64,000 bases of DNA, taken from NCBI GenBank assembly GCA_001244265.2, contig CDLV01000015.1, positions 434,001 to 498,000 of the forward strand, given 5' to 3'. The number at the start of each line of letters is the position of its first letter. Positions within the stretch are counted from its first letter, which is position 1. Below are positions 23,387 through 36,019 of this stretch, piece by piece. The notes under the pieces are model-generated. The model did no database searches, was not told the origin of the DNA, and saw only the letters and a program-made list of their open reading frames with translations. The DNA comes from Microbotryum violaceum (Eukaryota). A program made the position numbers and the translations under genes.

Positions 23387-25262
23387 ATGCCGATCCGCAA
23401 GCCAAAAAACCAGCAGCATCGGTCCGAAAGCGGGACAGGGACCGTGCGCCTCGTGCTCGCTGCTTTGCTCGCAGCGGAATGCGCCGCCGGGGCTGCCCAA
23501 CCGTATTTGACAAATTCGGGTCAATAGTGAGTTCGAAAGATGTCGGTGCAAAGCGGAGATAGCTACTGACCGAGGTGTGTGGCCTGCAGCTCTCCCTTTT
23601 ATCCGGTGGAGGAATACCGCGCCATACCGAGCAAGTGCGAGGTCTCGCAAGTAAGTCGAACGAGCGACATCTTCGGGATATCCCACCCGGGTTGCTGACA
23701 CGAAACCTTCCTGTTCTTTCTGAATTTGTCGCGGCCAGGTGAATCTTTTGCAGCGCCATGGAGCCCGACAGCCGACGTCCGACGCCGGCAAGTCGATCCG
23801 GGCCACGCTCGACAAGGTTGCCGGCAAAGGGAATTATTCTCGATCCGAGATGGCTTTCCTCGCCAAGTACACCTACGACGTCGGTGATGATGGCGATCTG
23901 ATCCCCTATGGGGCTAAAGAGTAAGTTCTGACCTTGCTTTTTTTGCATCGGGAAAATCGGCAATCATCCGTGCTAATCGTAACGCTTCCGGTCTGAAGGT
24001 CTTACGATGCGGGCAAGCAACTCGTGAAACGAATGAAGTGCAATTCCGCAACTGCAGCACTCACATTCTGCAGTGCACCGTTTATTCGAGCGACGGTGCG
24101 TTCTTCGGTTGCTCTCACGCCAGCTCCACCAGGTGACCTCACCACGGCGATCTAAACACACACAGGGGCATCCACGTGTTGTCGACTCGGCAGGGAACTG
24201 GTCGCGCGGATATATGGACGTCCAGATCCCCACACTCCCCAACTCATACAAGAAAAACTTCACATTCTCCACCCAAGTCGTCTTTACGGAGGGTGAGCAT
24301 CTCCAGAACCCCTTGGCGAATAACTGCCCCAATCTCGCGAGCACGGTGCCGACTGCGCAGGAACAGTGGCGAGCAGTTTGGACACCGGCGGTGCTTCAGA
24401 GGCTTCAGGACACCGGAGACTATAAATTCACTGCTTCTGTACGTCCTCAGAGAGAGAGACGAACATTTATGCCGGTCTTTGAGCTGATCCATACCAGTTG
24501 AATCCCCAGGACGCCGTCAATTTGGCCCATTTGTGCGCATTCGACTCTGTCAAGTTAAACTCGACCTCCCCCTTTTGCTGTCTCTTGCGCGAGAGCGAGT
24601 TCCCATACATCGAGTACGACGGTGATCTCGGCAAATACTACGGCAACGCGTATCCTGGCGCGCCCCTCGCGCGCTCGCAAGGGGTTGGCTGGGTCAATGA
24701 ACTCCTAACGCGCCTCACTTCGGACCGTAGCTACATCGACATAGATACGACCCAAATCAATCACACAATCGACTCTGAAACGAAACATTTTCCCCTGGAC
24801 AAGTTCATTTACGCTGACTTCACATACGACAATCAATCGGTCTGATCGGGCTCTTCCAAGATGCACCCCTGAGCCCAACTCTTCCGTGCCCTATGCGCAC
24901 CTTCGTCGCAAGCAAGTTGGTTCCCTTCGCTGGGCGTTTGGTCGTCGAACGTCTACGATGCAGCGGGCCGTATGAGAATGGCTTCTTTTCGTTCCTTGGG
25001 GGCGATTCGGATTATGTCAGGATTCTGGTCAACGATCGAGCCATGGATTTGTCGAGCGTTTGCGGCAAAGTACGTGCATTCTTTCAGCATTTGCTCTGAA
25101 AGCCGTAACACAGCTAACTAAGTAGCGAATCCCCCCTGATAGGGCGAGACCTTGACAAGCGGCACGGTCTGCCGACTCCCCGCGTTCCTCAAAGCGATGG
25201 AGAAGGCGACTGCGACCGCAACGAAAGAATTCGCCCAGTGTGGATTCACGACCAGCCATTGA
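23387..25262 (+). pseudogene. Histidine acid phosphatase/phytase-like paralog C, truncated
   Basis: The signal peptide and RHGARQP are intact. HD reads YD (24825). A 13-nt deletion relative to copy B gives TGA at 24843-24845, and homologous coding sequence continues out of frame to 25262. Confidence 0.78.
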
Positions 25263-25635
25263 GCCTAGCAATCTTCAGGTAGTACTTGTGTATTTACATG
25301 GTCTGGAGAAACCGAGGAAAATTTTGAGATATTTCCCTCGATTACTCTGCTTCACTCAAAAGTAATTCGTAGGCGGCTTCTCAAGCGCACGTGGTGCTCT
25401 CGCGCTGTTACTGCAATGACCGCGGCGCTGCACAAACTGGCTATTATTAAGGCAAGGACGTACATATCCGTGATACTTTCGCACAATTGTTGAAGCAAAG
25501 TTCTAGGAAATGTGTGATCGCACGATTGGGGTGCTTAGCGAAAACCACACACTAAATTTGAAATTCCAGACTTGTGCTCGGGCTTGCTCAATCGGGCGCC
25601 TCGCCTCGGCGCCTCTTCGGCTCTACTCAATCACC

Positions 25636-28600
25636 ATGGCGCCGCTGCAGGAACGCTCGCTCAACAGGGGCCCGCGCCGGTCCTCGCTGTTGGCGACACC
25701 GACCAAGGACCACAGCCACGATAGCTCTCCGCAACTGCAACGTCACCCGCCGATCAAGCACGCCAAGATTGCAGCTCTCGCAGCGGCGAACCGACTACGC
25801 GATGCGGGTGCCGGCAGCAGTAGCGCGGGAGGAGGGGGACCGACGACGCCACAGGCACAAAATCGCTCGTTCAGTGCTCAGCTGCAGGGCGTCGCACCTC
25901 CACTTGTCCCTCTTGTGGTCGAGAGTCAACGTTATGAAGAGTGGATGAAGATCGCGACCGACAATGTGAGCTACCATGACCGCCGGCGCGAGGTGTGGTG
26001 TTGAATCATTCGCGACGACGCGTCTCATGTTGATCGACACTACACTCCGGGCTGAACGCTGAGCGTCGAGCTTGTATCACCCTCATCGCGAATGTCACCT
26101 CGCTGACGGTACATACATCTCTACCATCCCACCCAGAAAATCACATCGACCAACACATGGAGTTTGGCCCTGATCGACTACTTTGCCGACATGTCGCTGC
26201 TCAGGAACAACGACGACAACTCGATCAACTTCCAGAAGGCGAGCTGCACCCTCGACGGCTGCGTCAAGATCTGGACTTCCCGCGTCGATTCCGTTGCGAC
26301 CGAGACGGGGAAATTGCTCAGTGGACTGGCTGAAGACGGTCGTGAGTGTGGTTCTGCCGAGTGCTGTCCACCGCGCGGGCAAGGCCGACGCTCACACTGC
26401 CTACGGATCCAATCGCGCAGGTAATGGTTCCCAGGGCGTCGATGATGATGACGACATGGACAATGACGAAGATGAGGATGCTCGTGAAGCGCGAAAGGCG
26501 AAGCGAAAGGTCAGCTACGATACCAACTTCGGTTCCATGCTGGGAAACCGCTGACACCTAGTCCCCTTATAGAACGCGAAACGAGCCGAGACCTTGGCGG
26601 ACTCGTTCAACAAGATCAAAGTCAAAGCTTTCGATCTTGAATTCACCGTCGACCCTCTGTTCAAGAAGACCTGTGCCGATTTCGACGAAGGTGGAGCAGG
26701 AGGCATCTTGATGAACCACCTCGGGTGTGACAGGAACATGAAGGTCGTGTTCGATGCTGGAGATGCGAGGCTTGACAAGGCCGATGGCGATGATGAGGAC
26801 GACCAAGACGACCAAGACGACGTGTTGGAGAACGAGGTTATTGAGTGTGATCTAACGCGTCTGACGAGTGAGTCCGACTCCTTCCCTCGTTCTGCGTACC
26901 GACCCTCACGCGTGCCTGATTTGACCGCTCTTCCTTCTCCTCCAGCCCGATGCTTCCCTGATGGACTCGACACGTTGGAAGACATGGTTCTCTGCCCGAG
27001 TCTGGCCTCGTTTCGCTTCTCACCCGATGCGAATCTCGACCTCGGCATCCTGCAGAACCCCGACAACGACGACGAAGTACTCGCTCAATTGACACAGCGC
27101 GCTGCATTCCCCGGTGGTCGAGCAGATGGTGATAACGCGCACGACGCTGACCGAAACGGTCAAGACTATGGCTTTGACGACCAACGTGAATTTGGTGGCT
27201 CCAATGACGATGATGACGGCGGGGCCGACGGAGCAGTCGACTTTTTCGCCGACGAACCTGGGGCCGGTCGACCGTTCGATCCGAGTCGTGATGATAGTCC
27301 TGGATTTATGGGCGGTGGACAGGATGGGGATGGCGGTGAACTCGTCATGTCGATGGAGAATGGCAGTGGGGACGGGCACCTCTTTGACTTGCTGGATGCG
27401 GGTTTGTCCAAGAACTGGGCCGGGCCAGAGCATTGGAAAATGAGACGATTGGTGCAAAGGAAGCGTAAGTGTTCCTGATCAAGCTACTACTATTCGGCAC
27501 GACACGAAAACTGAACTTGATGGCTCTCTCGTCATCTCATTCTGCCAGCCGAGGACGAAACTGCCGCAAAGCAACGAAAGGAGAAGGTCACATTTGCCTT
27601 CGATTTCACACAACCCCCGCCGATCGCTCAGAAGGAGCTTTTCGCCTCGGCCCCGACACCGGCATCGATTCGTGCGGCTCGGAAATCCTCGTTGGCGCCC
27701 AAGACAGCTAGTCACGGGAAACGCAACAGTCGAGCCGCAGTGGCCCAGGGTACGGAAGAGGAGCAACACATCCTTCCCGATGATTTCCACTTCAACAGTC
27801 AGATTCTGCTGCGCTTGTTCCTCAAACCTAAATTGGCGGTGAGTCCAGTCGAGTTGTCCCGATCATCAGGTTGGGCGGAAACTGATTGAGCTATGGACTT
27901 CCTTCTTGCAGCTCAAACTACGACGGAGAGGCAATCACGCACCGGGGGTGGTCGCGCTGGGCGGTGGGGAAGCCGATGCACACTTCTGGGCTGGCGCCGG
28001 TGCCAACTTTATGGAGGACGACCACATGGGAGGCGTCGAACACGACTTTGAGCCTTCGTTCGGTGAGTGAGAGCCATGTTGGACCAAAGGAACTTAACGG
28101 GTCAACTGAGCACTGCGTATCCTCTCCTCTCAGGTGGGGACTATGCCGTACCTTTCGACACGCAGATCCTCAACGATGGCGACGACGATTTGCCCTACTT
28201 CAACGAGGACGAGGACGATTCCCCAACAGGCCCAATGCTCGACGGTATCGGTTTGGGAGGCGGTCTCGATGAATCGGACGATATTCTCCAGGACACGCAG
28301 GGACAATTGAAGCGCGTGCGGCCCGAGAATATCAATTATGCCAAGAGGGCGAAACGCGTCGATGTGGCCAAGCTGAAGGATAGTATTTGGACGGAATTGC
28401 AGGTCGTTTCGATCCCCGTCAAGGAGGTATGTCCCCGTCGCTTGAAGTCATCCCGATGTTCAGGCCGGGCAAGTAAACTAACAAACCGCGCCGCCCGCTC
28501 TCCAACTAGTTCCCAACCGAACCCGTCTACCAACCCGACCTAATCGAACCCACAGCGGACGAATCCAACGTCTCAAGCTTTAGCAAAGCCTCCCTCAAAC

Positions 28601-28848
28601 CCGAAACCTTAGTTCCCGTTGTCGATCGCCTACGAAAAACCTACCCCAAGGACAAGATGGAGGAGATCTCGACTTCGTTCTGCTTCATCTGTCTGTTGCA
28701 TCTCGCGAATGAGAAGGGGTTGAGAATCCAGACGCCTGGGTCGGTGGAGGATGAGGAGGAGGGGGATGAGGGGGTAGAGGAGGGGATGCGGTTGAGGAAA
28801 CGAGTGGGTGGATTGGAGGCGTTGAGGGTGTTTAGGACGGTGGAATGA
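25636..28848 (+). CDS. BRN1: Condensin kleisin subunit Brn1/Cnd2/CAP-H
   Basis: Motifs EEWMKIATDN-KITSTNTWSLALIDYF, NFQKASCTLDGCVKIWTSRVDSV, VDPLFKKTCADFDEGGA, NWAGPEHWK, YAKRAKRVDV and FCFICLLHLANEKGL. Confidence 0.96.
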
Positions 28849-28996
28849 GGATAGCGGACCGGATGTGTGGGGTTTACTGCTCTTTTGCGTTTTTTTGGAC
28901 TCGGTATTGTCGTTTTGCGATTCGTTTCTTGATGTTGGCAACTTGATTTTCCCAATCTCCGGGCTGCCTAAGTGAAGGGCTGCACCATTGCATCGC

Positions 28997-30416
28997 TCAG
29001 CTGACATAAGGATCCATGAGGTGAAGGGTAAAGAGATGCAAGAGCCAAGCGACGACGAGAATGAGGACCGTCCTGCTTTGGCTTGCGTTGAAGAGGACTG
29101 AAAACCGAACTCTCATTAGTCAGCACAGAAAGTATCGCCGATTGAGGGCTGAACTGGCCTAAAACTGACCAGCAACTCCAACAACCGCACTACTCCCCCC
29201 TACCCCTTTCCTCAAAAGCGCCTCATTCGCCCACCCGCGCACATTCCCAAACGTCGAGACCCCACTCTTGAGGTTCTCCCTACTAAGCCAACTGACGCGT
29301 TTGACGAATCCATCATCACCACTGGGGAGACCGCCGAGTAAAGGGATGAAGATGGGGGCGAGGAGGGTGGGTAAGTCGAGATGCGCAGCGGGGGATAGGG
29401 GTGAGGAGGGTACGGAGTATTCTTCGCGCCATATGAGGGAGACGATGAACAGGAGAAAGAGGGTGGGTAAGGAGGTGTAGAAGAGCGTTAGGGGCAGGAG
29501 CCGAAGTCGTGAGCTGTGAAGATGAGGGAACAAGAGAGGTGGGTCAGATCGCAAGCTACGAAGAAGCCTCTTTCATGCGCTCACAGAGGTGCGCTTTTCG
29601 ATGTCCGGGAGAACGTCCGGAAGAATACCGCAGAGAGGGCAATACACGCGTAGAGGGAGAAAGTTTCTGATGAGACCCGACCACCAAAGGGGGTTCAGCA
29701 ATCGGCGCCGAGATATCAAGAATCTCTGCTCGTCAAAAAATGATTCGGGACTGACCGAATAGACAGTAGCCCAGTACGCGAAGATAGAGCGATACAGGAT
29801 GCAGAGATTCCGGAGGTCCGACGTTGGTGCAACGAATGACTGCAAGGCCCGTGCGAGAGTTCAGCTCCGGTACTCTCTTATCGCTTTAGGGGACCCGATG
29901 GATGACTGCAACTGACGCGCATCCAATCCGACGACGATGGCCCCTATCCTGAAGGTGCTTTCTGTGCGTTGACATTCCCTCTCTTTCGGATCATTCGATC
30001 CTCTATTGGTGAGCAAGTGGCGATATACGCGTGGCTTGGAGAGGAGCAGGTCAACGAGCAGCACGGGGAAGGCCAAGGTCATGTAGACGTCGAGCAGGTG
30101 GCCGCAGGACGCGCATTGCAGTAGTGAGGTGTTGGATGGATCCGAGTAGGTGACATCTGATTAAACATAATGAAAATGAGCCAGTGGTGGTAAAGCTCAT
30201 TTACTGCTTACGAACCGCACACTCACATAAGGACAAGACGCGACGGTTGCAGTGCACACACACGTAGCTCCCTCGCTCGAGACTGGGGCTGGAGCACGAG
30301 CTGGGACTGGAGCTGGAGCTGGAGCTGGAGCTGGAGCTGGAGCTAGAACTGGTCGAGGTGGTTCGTGCCTTGCCCTTGCCCTTATCCTGCGCCGAAACGT
30401 GTGTTGTGGAGCCCAT
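28997..30416 (-). CDS. ARV1: Arv1-like ER sterol homeostasis protein
   Basis: Zinc motif YVCVHC...LLQCASCG..LDVY and LVDLLLSKPRVYRHLLTN, followed by hydrophobic transmembrane segments. Confidence 0.88.
30292..30345. repeat. (GCTGGA)n hexamer repeat encoding poly-Ser in the ARV1 N-terminus
   Basis: The tandem sequence gctggagctggagctgga... is directly visible. Confidence 0.85.
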
Positions 30417-30513
30417 GTGAGCGAGCGATTGAGCGAGGAAGCGACGAGGATGAGAGTGAACGTGTCAACCGCAATGAGTAGCTGCGCTTTGGGCGATTGA
30501 TGGGCGAGCAAAT

Positions 30514-30523
30514 GTCACGTGAC
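30514..30523. promoter_or_regulatory. Palindromic E-box GTCACGTGAC in the ARV1/UBX divergent promoter
   Basis: Perfect 10-bp palindrome roughly midway between two divergent start codons about 210 bp apart. Function is inferred. Confidence 0.5.
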
Positions 30524-30626
30524 GCACCTCGCTCCACTTAAACGAGGTCGAGCGCGCGCGGGCCCTTCTGTGCCTTCCCTTCCACCATCCGCTGAGCCTG
30601 AGCCACGCACAACAACAACCACAGGG

Positions 30627-32043
30627 ATGGATCCGTCTACGACGCCCGATGCTGGTGTACCACCGCAGGCTCTAGCAGGAGATGCCCCACTCCATGCTTC
30701 AAACCCGGCCGTAGCTGAATCGTCGCCAGCTCCTACGTCGTCGTCGTCGTCATTGTCATCCTCCTCGCCTTCGGCCGTGGTGCCTACAGCGATCCCTGCA
30801 GTGGTGGCGTCTACCTCGGACGCTCTGGCAACGACTGCAGTAGCAGCATCGGCTTCTACGTCGTCCCAACCTGTAGGTTCGGTGTCTGACCATGCTCCGT
30901 CCGAGTCCGACTCCCAAGCCGAGCCGACGTGTCCACGCTCACCGCTCACCGCTCCCCCCACTTGGAACATCGATCGCGCGCTGACGACGACCACGTCGCA
31001 ACCGCCGCAGACGACTGAAAAGATAGTTCCCCTCCTCTCCGTCTCCCCCGACGGTTCCAAGACCCGCCTCTTCCACGCCAAGTACTTCCTCCCCGTCCAA
31101 TCGGACCCGTCCACCTCGAGGATGGTCGACCTTCCCGAATCCTACTTTGCCCCCACCGCCGTGGAACTACAGACCGCGTTCGCTGGACAGGTCAAGAAGC
31201 GCGAGGATCTGTTGGAAAGGCCTTTGATGACGCAGATGTTGAGGGATAGGGAAGAGGCGACCAAGTCTCGTGAGAGGGCTAGTCGATGGCCTCAGGTGAG
31301 ATCGTTCTTCGCCGGATCTTCCGTGCCGGAGCCGCAGCTCACCAACTCTGTGGTCAACAGACGAGGATTCGGGTTCGATTCGCAGATAGATCCCAATTGG
31401 AAGGTGTGTTCCCGAGCACGGACAAGATGGTCGCCATCTACGAATTTGTCAAGCTCGCCCTCTCCGAAGAGATCCGACAAACCCCGTTCCTTCTCTGTCA
31501 GTCCCATTCGCAAGGCAAGCCACAATGTTCCGAGGCTCTTCCGCTGAGATTTACATTTCGGGGACATGACCAGATCAAACACCCCCACGAAGAGAGTTTC
31601 CAGAAGGCGACCTCAATTCAAGGGGGAAATCACTCATGGATCTTGAACTGACGCCGAGCTCGGTCTTTTACATCAAATTTCTCGAGCGGCAAGAGCTCGA
31701 CAGTTAGTCCAGACCCACGCACGACCTACCTCTGCACGGGATACTGATTCGGGTACACTCTGCCTACAACAGCAATGAAACCCCCGCCCCTACGACCTGA
31801 GCTCATCGGAGCCGCTGTTCAATTCCCCCTTCCACCCCCCTTCGACCCAACAGCCAAACCCCCACCAGAAACGAGTGGGAAGAAGACTTCGACGGGGCAA
31901 AAGTTGGGCTTTGGAGGCAGTTCGGGTAAAGTGACGCCGAGCTGGATGAAGTTGGGCAAAAGTACGTCTTTGAGTGGGTCATTGTCACATCGGCGCACAG
32001 AATTCGAGCTGAGCTCCCCTCTTCTCTTTCTCTCGTAGAATGA
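30627..32043 (+). CDS. UBX-domain protein (TUG/ASPL/Ubx4-like)
   Basis: Motifs LPESYFAPTAVEL, PLMTQMLR, TRIRVRFADRSQLEGVF, FLLYQTPP and LELTPSSV. C-terminus resembles K.PSWMKLGK. Confidence 0.85.
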
Positions 32044-32456
32044 AGCACACGAGTACATTTTGCCGTATTCGAACACCCTTTTCGCAATCGCCAAACACAA
32101 CACGCATACGTCTTCAAAAACCCCTTATGCTCTTTAAAGCCTTGAAAGTCGGCGAGAGCGGAGCATGGAGGGAAACAGTAGTGTCATTTGAATGTTCTCA
32201 TCATCTTCGAGCCTCCAGAAACATATACGTCAAAGGTCGGTCTATGTGGGAGATTAAGGAGCTCTACTTATGAGAAGGTGTGCTATATAGTCTACAACCG
32301 AAGCAATCGGTGTTGAGGATGAAGGTGCAAGTCCCAGAATGATACGTACATAGGAGGCCGCAGGGGGCGAGAAGCATCTAATTTCACATTTTTGTGGTTC
32401 GGCAACGAAAGATGGATGAGAACGAAGTGGACGAGGAGAAGCTTTGAATCGCTTTT

Positions 32457-34810
32457 TCACCAAGGCCAAGACGACGAAGTCTCGAGCCCAAAGTTGAGCT
32501 GCAAGTCCGAGTGCGCAGGCGTCGTAAAGAGGTGCAAAGTGTTGGGATCGTAGTCGAGCAGGTTCGCATTCTCAGAGTGCACGTTCGGATCGGACTTTTC
32601 GAGCGACGTCGACGAAGCTTCAGTACCATTCCCTTCCGCGGATATTGTTGTGCTTCCCTGATTGGCATCGGTTCCGAGATGCGAGTTCCAGTCCTGGATG
32701 TTGAAGCAATGCGTCGCTTCGAACGGGTTCCACATGAAAGAAGGGGAATTGGCATCCGTGTGCTTCGAACCCGCTCCTCCGGAAGGTGGACGTGAAATCG
32801 GATCACCAATGACGCCCAGCGTTGCATTGGAAGGACGAGGCGTCGCTTCGCGCTGTCCGTTGATTATTTGAGACGCAGGGGAGGGTGGAGCCCGGGAAGA
32901 GATGGTTTGAGTCGGCGCGGCGATCGAGGACCAGGGGCTCGCGAACATGTCCCAGGTGGGATCGGAGCCCTGAGCCGACTCGCGGCTGCGCGGGGTACTG
33001 ATTGACAAGGATGAAGCGACTTCCATGTCGTCCAACTTGTTGTTCGTGTTTTCTGGGGTGGTGGGAAGGGGAACAGGGCACGAATGAGAGACATCGAGCG
33101 TAGAAGTGGTGCCGAAGGAAAGAGGGAGTGCTTGGTTCGTCAATTCAGCGCCCGCATGCTCCAGACACGGATCGATGCTACGAGCTCCAGCTTGCAATCT
33201 TGTAAGATCCATAGCCGCCGCTCGATCGCAGTCATCTTCGTAAGCCGCTCGATTCGTCCACGAGAGGGAGCGTTGATGCGCCGGACGAGCGGATGCACCG
33301 GGTGAAGACATCGAGTCGATGCCTTGGACAGGCTGCTGCGCGTACCCTGCGGCGGCCCCGAGCAAGGCGGGTGAGCTTTTGCTGGTCGCTAGATGAGGAC
33401 TTGCCATCGAGGGCGCCCACGCTAAAGCACCAGCTCTAGCAGCTCCTATCTGCGGCTGGGTCTGATACACGCTACTGATTGGCTTTGGGAAAAGCAAGAC
33501 GCGGAGTAAAGGGAGACTGCAGGCGAGTTGCTCAAGCTGTGCACGCACGACAATGAGCTCGGAAGGCACCACCCCAAAGACGTGCTGCGACTCGATGCTC
33601 GCACTTCGCTCGGTTGTGAAATCGGCACTGGTCTGGGACTGTCCCGTTGCGCGACGAGTGACATAGAACGAGGGTCGCTCGCAGGTTTGCAGAGTGATCG
33701 AATCCGAGCCGAGGGAGAGAGCGACGAGCGAGCGGAGAGGCAGATGCATGGCATAGCGATCCTGTTGGCAGTGCAAAATAGGGTGAACGAAGAATTTATC
33801 TGGCATACAAGCTGAATTCACCCACATTGTTGTAGACCGTGGTGGTGATAATCGTACCACCCGCCGTCGGGACCAGCTTGACTTCTAAAGGTTCGCCACA
33901 CTGGGGTTGATTCAAGCGGAGCCACTCGCGGATCCTGACACGATGCACTCGAAGGTTCAAACCATCTGGTCAACGAGGTGTGCCGAAGCACAGGAGACTT
34001 CAGCTTGATTACCGGTGCTACACGGAAGAAACTCTTCCTCGTTCGAGATCGTACTCACGGCTAAGAAAATCCTGCTCGAGGACGCGGGTCTGGTCGAGTT
34101 CGAATCTCCTCCTCATCTCGAGTTGCTCACGTTGACGATTCGCCGCAGCGTTGAGCGCTTGGTCTTGCTGCTGCAGCTGGAGAAGCCAGTTCACGCGTTG
34201 TGCGATCGCCATCTCATCGGTGCTATACTTGAGTGCGACGGGAGGGCCCATCACGTGTGAAAGATGCTTCGTCTGCATTGGTTGTCGATGCGGATCCAAA
34301 CCGGAAGGAGCGGAGGTGGGGGAGTAACGGTCCCAGGGGACAGGCACTCCGCTGTCATAGTGAACCGTGGTCGTAGGTAGGGAATGGTGAGGGTACCTCA
34401 AGTTTGATCCGAGGTGTTGCTGACTGTTGTGGTGAGCTTGCTGCCACTGCGAGCTCGCGTCTGCATTTTCCAACGGGGACGAACCGCCGGACGAGGAAGA
34501 TGTCGAAGCCGATGACGACGGTTCACCGAGCGTGCGCGACTCGAACCAGTGCGTGACAAGACGCGGAGATAGATTCTCGAGCAGTGGTTCCCTTCTCACC
34601 GCTTGTTCGAACAATCGGAGGCGACGATGCTTCGACAAAAGGTCAAACATGAGCTCGTCCTGTTCGCGCAAAACTAAGGAACGGAGATCACGGCCGCGTC
34701 GAAGCAGCGTCATCGCCGACGTCGATGTCAGTTCACACCTCAGAAAACTTCGCAAAGAAGAGCGGAGATCGTAGTTCTCACACACTCACTCGAGTCGGAT
34801 GAATACATGT
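32457..34810 (-). CDS. Hypothetical S/P/Q-rich protein (one spliced gene or two; structure uncertain)
   Basis: Two long same-strand ORFs (34018-34785 and 32457-33860) with protein-like composition and a coiled-coil-like segment. No family recognised. Confidence 0.45.
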
Positions 34811-36019
34811 ATGGTTCCTCTGGAGAATCAATTGGGTGAGATACGCATGCAAAGTAGAACAGCGGTGGAGGTGAAGTACTAGTCGAGGACGATCCATCGA
34901 CAGTCACCTCCAGATGAGCCAGCGCAGGGCAGCCATTGCCTCGGAAGCACGGATCGTCGTGCTCTAGTTTCGCCGTGCGAAAAGAGTGCTCAAGCGCCAA
35001 GCTGGACCGCCGCTCAGATCGACAGCCGATGGATCGACCGATCCCCGCAGGTAGGATTTGCTTGGCCCGGCACGCTAACACGCTAATCTCCGATTTGCGC
35101 TGAGGAGCTCTCGCGCGCGCGAGTTCCGATCTCACGGAAATTTCACAGTTTCTGCTGGCCTGGGCAACGGGAGGTACTGCTCATGACATGTGCCTCATTG
35201 GGCTCCAGGCTCTACATTTGAAGCTATCAATACTGGGTGAGTTCAGCTTTTTCCATGATGCTGCGGCGCCCACGAGCAACTGACGCCGAGGCTCACGAAG
35301 TGTAGTGTTCTAAACAGGGGCGAGTGGAGGGGATGGATCACACGCTCCTTTCGCCCCAGCTCCCAGATACGAAAGTTGATGGTCCCGCATAAGTCCTTAA
35401 AGCATGTTGATCGTGAAGTAAGATTTTACAGCCTAGCTTCGGCGACTCGGACTTCCGTACCGCCGAGTCGCAGTGCTTGGAGTGTGCTACTCAGCCTCTG
35501 GACGGGGGCCGCCGAGGAGGTGATGTCCCAACTAGCTCTGCTGAGGCGGTGACACCAACGAACAAGCCTTCCCCGACGAGGACCTTCTCTTAAGCCTCTG
35601 CTTATTGGAGAAGGATCGCCGAACACATGTAGCGTAGTCACAGCTTGACCCAGCCGTCACTAAAACTCGACCTCCTGTCTGGACGGCGGACTTGACGGCC
35701 GAGCGCAACTGCGATGGTACCAATACTTCCAATCAAGACAGATCGACAAGATCAACCTAGTGGACAGAATTAGAGCAGAAGCGAAGATCATTTATGTTGT
35801 TCAATATATGTATCACATAAGATCTGGCGAACATTCGCTCGGTAGGTCGCACCGGAGAAGAGATTTTTCGCGCATCGTCGCAGCGCCAGACCACTCCCAC
35901 CGTGACAGGGCCCATGCCCGTGGCGATAACGGTGGAACAGTGTCGGTGGCGGTGGCGGTTGTCTCTCCCGCCTGCTATCACAAATACCATCGCCGCCTGG
36001 TCCTTTTCTATGTCCTTTC

